Of a DNA stretch of 40,772 bases, positions 13,479 through 23,057 are shown piece after piece. Made by a program: the position numbers and the translations under genes. Source of the stretch: a virus (taxonomy: Duplodnaviria > Heunggongvirae > Uroviricota > Caudoviricetes); the IMG/VR virus record IMGVR_UViG_3300028456_000002, positions 1-40,772 of that record. One strand, written 5' to 3'. The notes beneath the pieces were generated by a model. That model searched no databases, was not told where the DNA came from, and saw nothing but the letters and a program-made list of their open reading frames with translations. Positions within the stretch are counted from its first letter, which is position 1; each line of letters opens with the position of its first letter.

Positions 13479-13794
13479 TGAGTTTTACCGGCACTTCTTC
13501 TGCACTGGTTCCGGCATCTGCCCAGACAACCCCGACCAGCGGATCAGAGCCGCTGTTAGTCAGCTGAACTTTTCCGGACTTCAGATAAACCTTCTTACCC
13601 GTTTTCATGTCATCCGTTTTCAGCTTAGGCAGCATAAACACACCTTCGGTCAGGCCGTCGCCTGTTTCACCCTGTGGAATATCGGTCAGCGCCACCGCAA
13701 AAACATCACCCACCTGCACCAGATCTCCGCTGCTGATGGCTGCACTGGCAACAATCGCCACCGTTTTTCCTTCTTCTACAAAATTCTTTGCCAT
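13471..13794 (-). CDS. Small head-associated protein, function unknown
   Basis: ORF 13471..13839; likely start at MAKNFVEEGKTVAIVA...; directly downstream of the capsid gene. Confidence 0.5.
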   Translation of the reverse strand: MAKNFVEEGKTVAIVASAAISSGDLVQVGDVFAVALTDIPQGETGDGLTEGVFMLPKLKTDDMKTGKKVYLKSGKVQLTNSGSDPLVGVVWADAGTSAEEVPVKLNV

Positions 13795-13880
13795 AACTGT
13801 CTCCGCACAGCCCCGTTCAGGGGCTGATTTCAGGTACAAAAAAAGCCCTTACGGGCCATCAGAGTTGTTGTCTGCGACGT

Positions 13881-15839
13881 TTACGCCGTACATTTCACCA
13901 GACCGCGGTGATCAACTGGCGCGACACCGGCGTCAATACGCACTTTCGTTGTCACGCCATCCACACTGAAGCCCTCCATCTGATCAATATATGGCGTATC
14001 CACACCGTTGAGATAAGCCACTTCAATCGTATCGGAGCCTTTTGACGCAGCCAGGTAGAAGGTGGTCTGGCTGTTATCATCAAGACGAGGCTCTGCAATA
14101 ACGGTCGCAAAATCTTTCACCGGGTTAATAATACCGGCGTTAATGTCAGCCCCCTTGACACTTGAGGAGCGAATGACCTGGTTAGCAACAGACTCCATCG
14201 CCGTCGGTACCAGTACGAACGCAGGACGAATATTCAGATGACGCTCCCCCTCTTTCTGAACGCGCATCAACTGGCGGGCTTTATCCAGCGATGCCACGTC
14301 CATTGCAGCGCTCTCCAGTACGTTTGCATGTTTCGCTTTATCGAACAGACTTACATTATCTGTGGAGATTTTCGGGTTAGACGTCAGAATGGCATAAACC
14401 AGATCGGCAATAGTGGATTTCGCCGCACGGCCCAGTTTCATCGGGACATCGGTCAGCATATTCAGATCATCATTGATAATGGCCTGACGGGTGATACTGA
14501 ACAGCTCGCCATAGGTCGCCAGTGCAATAGTGGCCTGTTTATCTCCGGTGGTGACGTATTTATATTCCGCCCCTTCACGCACCTGACGCAGAGCACTGAA
14601 GCCCCCCATACCCACACGATGGGCAATTTTAAAATCAGACAACTGACCTTTCCGCGTCCACTGTTCATAGGTTTCAGGGGCATCTTCCCAGCCCTGCAGA
14701 ATGGCTTTGTTCGCAACATCCAGCAGAATATTACCGAAGTCAGACGTACTGTGTGTGAACGCCGCACCGACCATCTGCATCGGGTTATAACCGGAAACCC
14801 CAATACCCCGTTCAGTCAGTGACATACGGGCATATTCACGCAGGGTCATCCCGTTGTAGACATTATCACGTTCGGTTTTTTCAAATCCGGCACGCGCCAT
14901 CAGCGCCTGGCGGATCCCGTCCCCCACAAAATTACCGTTACCGGCATAAATATGAGCCGGGGTATTTTTATTGGATGGCGTGGACTCGCGCCCCATCTCG
15001 TTCAACAGCTTTTCGCGGGCCTGCTCCAGCGAACATTCAGGATCGGCAAGACACTGAGCCTGCAGCGTCTGATAACGCCCGCCAAACATGGCAAACAGAT
15101 CATTAATACCGTTTACACGCGCTTTTTGCTCTGCCAGTACCTGCGCACGGATACTGTTTTCATCCACCACGGGTGCTGCTGCCTGCACTGGCGTCCGGGA
15201 AGCTGCAGGTTCATTATCCTGTACGCGTGGAGCACTGTTGCGTGGCGGAGTAATCATGTTTCGAATGGATTCCGGCATCTTTTTAAATTCCTCTGTACGT
15301 TTTGACTGAATACATGCCATTGCCTTAACGGCTGGCGTCACCTGATCAGCAAATCCATGTGCCAGACATTCGGCACCGGACATCCAGGTCTCATCCGCCA
15401 GCATGGCAGCAATTTCATCGGTGGTTTTCCCGGTTTTCTGTGCATAAGCGGGTAACAGAACCGCCTCAACTTTATCGAGCAGGTCGGCATAGGTGCGCAT
15501 GTCCTCCGCATCACCGCCCGTAAAGCCAAATGGTTTATGAATCATCATGAAGGTGTTTTCCGGCATAATGACCGGGTTTCCCACCATCGCAATGACCGAC
15601 GCCATTGATGCCGCCACACCGTCGACATAAACGGTAATGGACGCACCATGTGTTTTCAGTGCATTAAAAATGGCGATGCCTTCAAAGACATCGCCACCCG
15701 GTGAATTGATATGGAGATTAATGTGGGTGATATCGCCCAGTGCATTCAGATCACTGATAAACTGCTTCGCTGTAACCCCCCAGAAACCAATCTCGTCATA
15801 AATATAAATATCCGCGTCACTCTGGTGACCAGCCTGCAT
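13881..15839 (-). CDS. Prohead protease (ClpP-like) fused to major capsid protein
   Basis: ORF 13881..16100; start taken at MQAGHQSDADIYIYDEIGFWG just after the portal stop. N-terminal part has ClpP-like features (...HINSPGGDVFEG...), C-terminal part is capsid-like. Confidence 0.75.
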   Translation of the reverse strand: MQAGHQSDADIYIYDEIGFWGVTAKQFISDLNALGDITHINLHINSPGGDVFEGIAIFNALKTHGASITVYVDGVAASMASVIAMVGNPVIMPENTFMMIHKPFGFTGGDAEDMRTYADLLDKVEAVLLPAYAQKTGKTTDEIAAMLADETWMSGAECLAHGFADQVTPAVKAMACIQSKRTEEFKKMPESIRNMITPPRNSAPRVQDNEPAASRTPVQAAAPVVDENSIRAQVLAEQKARVNGINDLFAMFGGRYQTLQAQCLADPECSLEQAREKLLNEMGRESTPSNKNTPAHIYAGNGNFVGDGIRQALMARAGFEKTERDNVYNGMTLREYARMSLTERGIGVSGYNPMQMVGAAFTHSTSDFGNILLDVANKAILQGWEDAPETYEQWTRKGQLSDFKIAHRVGMGGFSALRQVREGAEYKYVTTGDKQATIALATYGELFSITRQAIINDDLNMLTDVPMKLGRAAKSTIADLVYAILTSNPKISTDNVSLFDKAKHANVLESAAMDVASLDKARQLMRVQKEGERHLNIRPAFVLVPTAMESVANQVIRSSSVKGADINAGIINPVKDFATVIAEPRLDDNSQTTFYLAASKGSDTIEVAYLNGVDTPYIDQMEGFSVDGVTTKVRIDAGVAPVDHRGLVKCTA

Positions 15840-15852
15840 CCTGAACCAGGAA

Positions 15853-17361
15853 TTATTCTTCGGACTGGTCGTCGTTGTGCTGCGGCTCCTGTCGTTTCGT
15901 TGCGGCACTGCTGCCTCCTTTATCACTGGCCGGATCGGTATCAAATACCAGATCCAGCTTGCGGTTTTCATCAATTTCGGCCTTGCGCCGACGTTTGACA
16001 TCATCCGGATTACGACCACCTGCACGTACCCAGTCTGATTCTGTCGCCGCTCCACCACGAATCTGGATTTTCCAGGCCTCAGCCTCCTTAACAGGGTCAA
16101 TCCACGGCATCACCGGTCCGGAATACACCGCGGTATACAGTGAAGAACGGTCAAGATCGCGGGGTAGCCTGATAACACCGGATGCAACAGCCTGTTTCAG
16201 CCAGGCACGGTACATCGGGCGGGTGACGGCACCAATAAACCAGTCCTGCAGGATCAGGTAGCCATCCGTGGATTCAACCAGCTCCTGACGCTGGGCGCTG
16301 TAAGTGCCGTTATAGTTGCGCGCTGTACTGGAAAAACTCAGACGACTGCCCGCCGCCACTGCACGCAACTGACCATTACGAAAAGTTTCAAGATTAGGAT
16401 TGGGGCGATCCGACTTCACCATTCCGATTTCTTCGCCGGGTTTCAGATCGTCGTAAATAATGCCTGGCTGAATGGTAAGCTCGCGTTCATTCTCCTTGCT
16501 GCCATTACCATCCGGTTCATAGCTCTGTCCGTCGCCTTTCCGGATGTACATCCCCAGAGCAGCGGCGATCCTTGCTGCAGTCAGCTCAGAATCTTCATAC
16601 TCTTTCAGGGCACTGAGGCGGATCAGTACACCGGACAATAAAGACGTCCCGCGCATCTGGTGCAGACGGCGAACAAATTTAAGATGCAGCATTCGCTCTG
16701 CATCCACTTCTTTGGTTTCCATCTGCCGTCCGGATACAGGACGGCTTTTATACACCAGATATTTTTCGGGACGCCCCCAGTCATCAACAAACACGCCCTG
16801 ATTCAGCCTGTTGCTCTCATCACTGGTCATGGGAATAAAGTCCGGCTCAAGCGCCTCCAGCCAGAAATGAACACCGGCAGAAGGCGTCAGGCTGTTTATG
16901 CGCCCGGAAACCATCTGGGCAAACACCTCACCATCGCGCAGCCAGGTACGCAGCATCAGACGTTCCAGCATCGGGCGGGTAAACTGCCCGGTGACTTCCG
17001 GACTGACAGACCATTCACTCCATCGGGTGCGTATCTCCGCTGCCAGGTCACGGGCAATGGCCCCATTGCGTAATACCGGATGTGGCTCGACAATAATCCC
17101 GTTTTTCCCCACCACCCGTTCTTCCAGCTTGTCAAATACACCAATAACCAGATCGTGGTTGTTATCAAGGTAACGGGCCTGCTCACGTAACGACACGGCC
17201 CCGTACTGGCTTAACTGGTCGGCAGTTCGGTTTTCCCGCCGGGCTTTGTGTGTCCGCGTCGTTTTTACGGCCTCATAAGCCTGGATCACCGCACGGGAAC
17301 GCAGCCTTGCCGCTTTCCATCCTGGTGAAAAAACGCCAATCACATCATCAAGAATTGCCAT
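15853..17361 (-). CDS. Portal protein
   Basis: ORF 15853..17433, about 500 aa, position between W-like gene and protease/capsid; start probably MAILDDVIGVF... Confidence 0.8.
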   Translation of the reverse strand: MAILDDVIGVFSPGWKAARLRSRAVIQAYEAVKTTRTHKARRENRTADQLSQYGAVSLREQARYLDNNHDLVIGVFDKLEERVVGKNGIIVEPHPVLRNGAIARDLAAEIRTRWSEWSVSPEVTGQFTRPMLERLMLRTWLRDGEVFAQMVSGRINSLTPSAGVHFWLEALEPDFIPMTSDESNRLNQGVFVDDWGRPEKYLVYKSRPVSGRQMETKEVDAERMLHLKFVRRLHQMRGTSLLSGVLIRLSALKEYEDSELTAARIAAALGMYIRKGDGQSYEPDGNGSKENERELTIQPGIIYDDLKPGEEIGMVKSDRPNPNLETFRNGQLRAVAAGSRLSFSSTARNYNGTYSAQRQELVESTDGYLILQDWFIGAVTRPMYRAWLKQAVASGVIRLPRDLDRSSLYTAVYSGPVMPWIDPVKEAEAWKIQIRGGAATESDWVRAGGRNPDDVKRRRKAEIDENRKLDLVFDTDPASDKGGSSAATKRQEPQHNDDQSEE

Positions 17362-17579
17362 CAGAACCTCGCCAGCCGGTACCCGGGATGCCCCCGTCGT
17401 CGTGTAATCAGAGCCGCAAGGCGGCGCTCCCACTCCTGCCGCCCCTGCCGGATCTCAGATAAGTTTTCCATGGTCATCTGCTGACCATTAAAGGTGACGG
17501 ATTTTCCGTCCAGCACCGCCATTTCAGCTTCCGTATAACGCTGAATCATGGCTTCAATATCATTCTGGTTCATAACCAT
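17361..17579 (-). CDS. W: Head-tail connector protein W-like
   Basis: 72 aa, C-terminus ...RRRGHPGYRLARF resembles lambda W end; stop overlaps portal start. Confidence 0.6.
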   Translation of the reverse strand: MVMNQNDIEAMIQRYTEAEMAVLDGKSVTFNGQQMTMENLSEIRQGRQEWERRLAALITRRRGHPGYRLARF

Positions 17580-19674
17580 CCTCCGGAAGTCATCCAGGGG
17601 TTAACATCGTCAGTTACTGTTTTCTTCCGTTTTTGTTTTTTAACAGGCGTGGATACCGATTCCGGTGAGGGTGACGGTTCGATACTGTCCGGGACACACT
17701 CCAGCCATGTTTCCCGGCTCGCCCATTCCGGTGCATCCGGCCAGCGGATCTTTTCGTATCCATGCAGAATGACCAGAGCCTCGGCATACACCATCAGGTC
17801 AAAGGCTTCGTTGGCACCGCGACCCGGCTTACTCCATTTCCCGTCACTGCTCCGCTCTTCATACGTCAGTTCGTCGTAAAACCAGCTCCCCAGCCAGTCA
17901 GGGAAATGCACATAGCCTGGACCTGGCGAATCACGCCATAACGCGTTATTCACCCGGTCTTTCAGGGCATCCGTCTGAAGAAGCCAGAGCGGCACATCAC
18001 CTGCGGCCTGCGCCCGTCGGCCCGTTCGTCCGATGTTATCAGGGAATGTACGGGTGATCAGTTTTGCGCGCCGGATGCTGTCGCCCTTAAACAGGTAAAT
18101 ACGTTTACCAAGGCCATCACGACGGCAACGACGCCAGAATTTATAGGCATTATCAGTGACCCCGTCTTCACCGCCGGAGTCCACCGCCATTGCCATCAGT
18201 CGCATTTGTTGAGAAGGATCGGAGGCCAGCGGCCAGCTTTTATCAAAAAAACATCTGTCAGCAGGACATCCCAGTCTTCCGGATAGCTGGCCGGATCAAT
18301 TCGCTGGCTCTCCCCGTCGCTGTCACCGCGCAATGACTGCGTGATGTTGTAACGATCAATAATCCAGCGTTCGCCACGGCTGCCATAGCCCGTTACCTGA
18401 ACCACAAAACGGCGATGACGTCCCGCCTGCACATCAACTGTCGCCACTAGGAAATTAACGCCATCCGGCACACTGCGGGGAGGAACTGGCTCTGCTCGCT
18501 GCTCAAGCAGCTCACTTTTTCGTTGCTCCATGCTGGCGCGGGGAAGATAAGGTAATCCCCAGTCGGTATTGATAACCGTCTTGAGTGTTTCTTCACTTCC
18601 GGTTGTCTCGTATTCCTGTTCTGCAGTAAGCAGTTTGTAAACGAGTTGCGAGAGTGTCTGGTAAGCAGCTGCCGGACCCTCCATCCAGAATGACGCAATA
18701 CGTGAACGCCTGGGATCACCATAACGACTGCCATCCGCACTGATGGATTCACCATCCCGCAACCAGACCCCACGTCCGTTCAGCTCACGTTTTTGTTCAG
18801 GCATAATCCGTCCTGAACAGAAAGGACACTGAATATAAGCCGCCTCACTTGCCAGCACGGGATCGGCAATATCACGGAAACCAGCAACCACATCGCCGCA
18901 GGGCTGAAAATACTCACCACAGTGTGGACATGGCCAGTACCAGCGACGGCGATCACCACGGTTATAGAGCGACAGGATCCCCGTGGTTGGTGGAGCCTCA
19001 TGCGGTGAAGTCCGTCGCCATTTCACATCCTTCACATCCCTGCCGGGGGAACTCTCCACCAGCGTCATACCGCTGGACATAAATGTGGTGGTACGTTTTG
19101 AGGCAAGAGAGAAGGCATCCCCCTCGCCATCAATATCTTCCGGAAAACGGTCATAATCCGTCAGCGCGACGCATTTATAATCTGATGAGGACATGATATT
19201 GACTGACGGCCAGCCGATTTTCAGGTAGTTGCCAGCAAGGAATGTTCTGTCATAAACGTTGTTGTCATTTTTGTTCGGACTCAGGCGACTGACCACTTCC
19301 GGGCTGACGCGAAACGTTCTGGCGAGTCGTTTTTTGGAGTGTTCGCGGGCTTTTTCCTCTGTCATCTGAATGATCAGCATATCCGCAGGATCGCAAATCA
19401 CGTTGTAAATCACCCAGCCGTCAATCAGGCCGATAGTCTTGCCGGTTCGTGCCGGACCAACAAATATCACTGCGTCGTATTCACGCGAGGCCAGGCAGTT
19501 CATCGGCTCAATAACATACGGTGCCACCAGCGGATCCCACGGGACTGAGTTCCCGGCCCCCATGGGCACCCGCATATACTGAGCAACGGCATCAGCAACC
19601 CGCATTCGTCTCGGTGCGCGAAGGATATAACCTGAATCGGTTCGTGCTGCCTTTGCGGTTTCCTGATTCAGCAT
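17570..19674 (-). pseudogene. Terminase large subunit, split into two ORFs by a frameshift in a T7 run
   Basis: ORF 18196..19674 carries the N-terminal ATPase region (...WPCPHCGEYFQ... like lambda A); ORF 17570..18205 carries the C-terminal nuclease part. On the minus strand GATGTTTTTTTGATAAAAGC has 7 T; 8 T would give one continuous frame. Confidence 0.85.
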
Positions 19675-20168
19675 TACTCCTCCTGCTGTAATTCCTCCTC
19701 ATCATCCGCACCTGCTTCGGTCACCCGCAGGGCTATCTGATCGCGCAGATCATCAATAATGGACTGAACACGGCTCACAGCGGCAGGCTGCAGACCGCAG
19801 TCACGTTCCAGAATATCCGGTAATGTCTCCAGCACCTGCACGACCGCTTTTGCCCAGATGGCAAACTCCCGTCTGACATCACTGGCCGGAATGAGTTGTG
19901 CCGTTTCCTGTTCGAACTTAAGACGCTCACGTTCAGACTGATACCAGGCTTTGCGCTCATGCGCGTCCATTTCGCCTTCTGCAACCGGCGGTGGTAATGC
20001 CAGAAATGCCGACACAATATCAACCACCCGATAAAGCTTGAGGTTGCTTTCATGCCCCCCTGCAACGGGTAGATTTTGCAGCCTTGCCGCAGCAGTCTGG
20101 CGATGTACACCTGACAGTGCCGCCAGTTGACTGATATTCAGCGTCAGATTTTTTAACTCTCGATCCAT
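19674..20168 (-). CDS. Terminase small subunit
   Basis: 164 aa with N-terminal HTH-like segment (LNISQLAALSGVHRQTAAARL), acidic C-terminus; immediately upstream of the large subunit and downstream of cos. Confidence 0.75.
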   Translation of the reverse strand: MDRELKNLTLNISQLAALSGVHRQTAAARLQNLPVAGGHESNLKLYRVVDIVSAFLALPPPVAEGEMDAHERKAWYQSERERLKFEQETAQLIPASDVRREFAIWAKAVVQVLETLPDILERDCGLQPAAVSRVQSIIDDLRDQIALRVTEAGADDEEELQQEE

Positions 20169-20337
20169 ACCCGCTCCAGAATGTTTTAAACATGCATCTT
20201 GCGAACAACTTTAGGCAAACGGTGTTAGTGATGAACAAAAAACAATCAAAATCGACACCATTAAAATAAAATAACTGTAATATCAATGCATTACAGTAGT
20301 GGTGATGACGAATGAAATTTCAAAAACTAGCCTTTTT

Positions 20338-20359
20338 CCGCGACGCTCCCGCCCCGTGG
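20338..20359 (-). other. cos site (cosN-like cohesive end region)
   Basis: Minus strand reads ...CCACGGGGCGGGAGCGTCGCGGAAAAAGG..., closely resembling the lambda cos core (GGGCGGCGACCTCGCGG, recalled from memory); about 180 bp upstream of the small terminase gene. Confidence 0.55.
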
Positions 20360-20468
20360 CAAGGGTACCCCACCGGGAGGACCCGCAAAATGAGAGCGAT
20401 TATCATTTGTACACACTCTAACACCTGCATTATCGCAGCCCCTCGCTGAAGGGCTGCTGTAATGCATG

Positions 20469-20765
20469 TTACTCAGTAACAACTGCGCCTTCCGGTAATT
20501 CCATACCGGCAAATACCGGACAACCAGGATGACGATCATCTTCTGTTGCTTCCAGCATTGACTCACCAAACCACTCCGTCGTGGCGCGACCATCAGCAGC
20601 TTTGTAGTGGAGTAAGTACTGGTTTTCGCCATCCGCATACTGCGCGCGGGCTTTAACCTCACCCCATTCATCACTGATGCGCATCTCCACCAGTTGAGAC
20701 AACTCAAACTTAAACGGGACAGTAGCGGCACCAATTACAATCGGTTTGTTTTTTGTTGTTTCCAT
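20469..20765 (-). CDS. Hypothetical protein between lysis genes and cos
   Basis: ORF 20469..20816; likely start METTKNKPIVIG...; no recognisable motif. Confidence 0.45.
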   Translation of the reverse strand: METTKNKPIVIGAATVPFKFELSQLVEMRISDEWGEVKARAQYADGENQYLLHYKAADGRATTEWFGESMLEATEDDRHPGCPVFAGMELPEGAVVTE

Positions 20766-20939
20766 CATCGTCTCCTGATATCGAAGCCCGTCGCCGCACC
20801 GGGCACTGATCAACATTTGAGTATTCGCGGCGACAGAAAGAATTTATTTTATTGAGTAGCCACAAAAACAGAATTTCATGCTTTCCGGACGCTGACGCAT
20901 CCTTCATTTTTCAGCAAAATATTCTGCTCTTATAGGCGA

Positions 20940-21122
20940 TCAGTTCTGCAGACACTGCCGAACACCGTCGACAATTTCACAGACCTGAGAAGCTGTATCG
21001 AAAAGCTGGCGCGCCTTATCCAGACTGACGCATCCCACCAGAAAAAAAGGCACCAGTATCGCTACCAGTGCCCATTTCGCCGCCGTTCGCGGCATTCTGT
21101 GCGTCCAGTGTTTTCTGCTCAT
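20940..21122 (-). CDS. Small lipoprotein, possible spanin-related
   Basis: Start taken at MSRKHWTHRMPRTAAKWALVAILVPFFLVGC, with an LVGC lipobox; immediately downstream of the endolysin. Confidence 0.5.
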   Translation of the reverse strand: MSRKHWTHRMPRTAAKWALVAILVPFFLVGCVSLDKARQLFDTASQVCEIVDGVRQCLQN

Positions 21123-21136
21123 AACACACCTGGTTA

Positions 21137-21520
21137 TCAGCGTTTCAACTGAAAGTGAGGCCCGTCTTTCAGTGTTTTCCAGTCCCCGCCCCATTCGATG
21201 GCAGTCCCCAGCTCTGCGGCAGCCTGTTTAAATGCCTGCGCGATTTTCTCGTACAGAGGCCAGTCCCATGACACCTGGCTGCCAATGTAGGCCACAACAT
21301 CCACCGCATCACCGGTCAGGTGGCGGCTGTTCATGGTCTGGCTTTTCCCTTCCGCGACCAGCTGTTTCTGGCGATACTTACTGCGCAGGCCTTCCGTAAT
21401 ACCGAAATCAACCTCCGTCAGCTCCAGCGCACGGCGAACGACAGCAACCAGCTGTGGTTTGACGCCCTCCAAATTTTTTTCACTGCGACGGCTGAATCTG
21501 AATTTACCCGGCATATTCAC
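21137..21520 (-). CDS. Endolysin, peptidase M15 (D-Ala-D-Ala carboxypeptidase-like)
   Basis: 127 aa with ...SRHLTGDAVDVV... zinc-peptidase motif. Confidence 0.8.
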   Translation of the reverse strand: MNMPGKFRFSRRSEKNLEGVKPQLVAVVRRALELTEVDFGITEGLRSKYRQKQLVAEGKSQTMNSRHLTGDAVDVVAYIGSQVSWDWPLYEKIAQAFKQAAAELGTAIEWGGDWKTLKDGPHFQLKR

Positions 21521-21792
21521 CTCAACAATGGAAAGATTTTTATGACGTTCCCGCGTGCGCGTATCACCAGCACGCAGAACAGCAGATTAAAAAACACTTC
21601 CAGCCAGCCCGTTGCTAACGGGCGACCACACAGATAGCTGAGTGGAGCAAAGCCATAAAGCAGCATCAGCAGCCAGGCCAGCCATGACATCAGCGGTTTG
21701 TGTCTGGAGTCACGGCGACGATAAAAAAAGAGCGTCAGCACGATAACCGTGCATAACGCCACATTCAGCAATCCGGGAAAGTTACTTAACAT
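21517..21792 (-). CDS. Small membrane protein in lysis cassette (second holin or antiholin candidate)
   Basis: Start taken at MLSNFPGLLNVALCTVIVLTLFFY...; three hydrophobic segments; between holin candidate and endolysin. Confidence 0.45.
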   Translation of the reverse strand: MLSNFPGLLNVALCTVIVLTLFFYRRRDSRHKPLMSWLAWLLMLLYGFAPLSYLCGRPLATGWLEVFFNLLFCVLVIRARGNVIKIFPLLR

Positions 21793-22174
21793 TGCCGCCT
21801 CCTCCGCCACGCAGACGGGAGAACAGGCCGGACACCAGTGATGCAATATCCTGCTGGTGGATGAATGACAGAATCTTCACCGACACCACTGACACCAGTA
21901 CTGCACACAATGCGTCAACAGGTGCACCGTCAAACCCTGTATGCTTTACCAGCCAGGATGCCAGAACCTCTGCGCCCAGCACGCCGATAATGAACGACAC
22001 CAGAAAATGCGCCGCCACACGCCAGGCTGAAAGCGCCTGCGGCATCGTTGCCACAAATAACGCCCCGGCGAACGCACCAAACACAATCCCGAAATCCGTT
22101 CCGGTAAACAGCCCGAATACCGTCGCCCCGCCGAGCGCCGCAGCCGTGCCGGAACCGGATAAGGGTTCAGACAT
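21782..22174 (-). CDS. Putative holin
   Basis: 130 aa with three hydrophobic helices, Gly-rich C-terminus; first gene of the lysis cassette with AGGAGA ribosome-binding site. Confidence 0.5.
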   Translation of the reverse strand: MSEPLSGSGTAAALGGATVFGLFTGTDFGIVFGAFAGALFVATMPQALSAWRVAAHFLVSFIIGVLGAEVLASWLVKHTGFDGAPVDALCAVLVSVVSVKILSFIHQQDIASLVSGLFSRLRGGGGGNVK

Positions 22175-22191
22175 ACTTTTTTCTCCTGTAA

Positions 22192-22215
22192 ATAAAAAAG
22201 GGCCACCAGCGGCCC
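22192..22215 (-). terminator. Rho-independent terminator immediately upstream of the holin gene
   Basis: Minus strand GGGCC-GCTGGT-GGCCC followed by TTTTTTATTT. Confidence 0.6.
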
Positions 22216-22348
22216 GTAATAAAACACCCCGTCAAAGGCACCCGCCGATGTCTTTTATGTGATGTATTCAGATTCAATACACGTTGAGTAAAGCGCAGAT
22301 ATGAAAAAGGCCCGCCGCAGCGAACAATAAAGAAACGAAATTCTGAAT

Positions 22349-22372
22349 AAAAAAAACCGCCAGATACGGCGG
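22349..22372 (-). terminator. Rho-independent terminator downstream of the tRNA pair
   Basis: Minus strand CCGCC-GTATCT-GGCGG followed by T8. Confidence 0.65.
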
Positions 22373-22734
22373 TTGGTCAATGCAAGAGATACATTCTTAA
22401 TTGTAATAAAACCGAGGTGTCGGGTGCCTCCCGAAGTATTCCGTCCTGTATGAATACTGTGGTTTCCCGCTAAACCGACTCTTTTAACCACCCTCGCCCT
22501 GAGGAGCGCCCCGATGGTGTTATTTACAACACCAGAATGATACATCACCGACCCTGCCAGGAAATACAAAATCTCCACCAGCAATGCACCATTCTGCTGC
22601 CGTAAAAAAATCAGCACTGAAGCTAACCTGGCCTCAAATCATAGCCAGAGAACAGAATGCTTTTTCAAAACAACCTGCTCCCACGTAATAAAAATACGCC
22701 AGTGCTGCAATACAATAAGGCTTATTTCAAATGC

Positions 22735-22809
<75 letters not shown>

Positions 22810-22812
22810 ATA

Positions 22813-22888
<76 letters not shown>

Positions 22889-22940
22889 ATTGGTTCCTCA
22901 GGAAAAATAAAAATGACCGCGCTTTACATCCCCCTTGGAA

Positions 22941-22968
22941 CCGAAAAAGAATATTAATGAGGACAGAC
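22941..22968 (-). promoter_or_regulatory. Candidate sigma70 promoter for the tRNA pair
   Basis: Minus strand TTGAAA, 16-17 nt spacer, TAATAT, about 45 nt upstream of the tRNA-Thr 5' end, AT-rich upstream region. Confidence 0.4.
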
Positions 22969-23057
22969 ACTTTTTCAATTAAAAACCGTGTCAATATTCG
23001 TAAATATATGTATAGATTTCCATTATTTATGAAATTCAGAAATAATGACACGCACAT

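Noticed and set aside
14238-14822. Plus-strand ORF of 194 aa
   Set aside because: Antisense to the protease-capsid fusion gene, which has strong homology-based support.
20327-20734. Minus-strand ORF of 135 aa
   Set aside because: Runs through the cos region and the hairpin and overlaps the better-supported 20469..20765 gene in another frame.
22255-22617. Minus-strand ORF of 120 aa between the tRNAs and the holin
   Set aside because: It spans an intrinsic terminator and hairpin-rich sequence, has no ribosome-binding site and an implausible composition.
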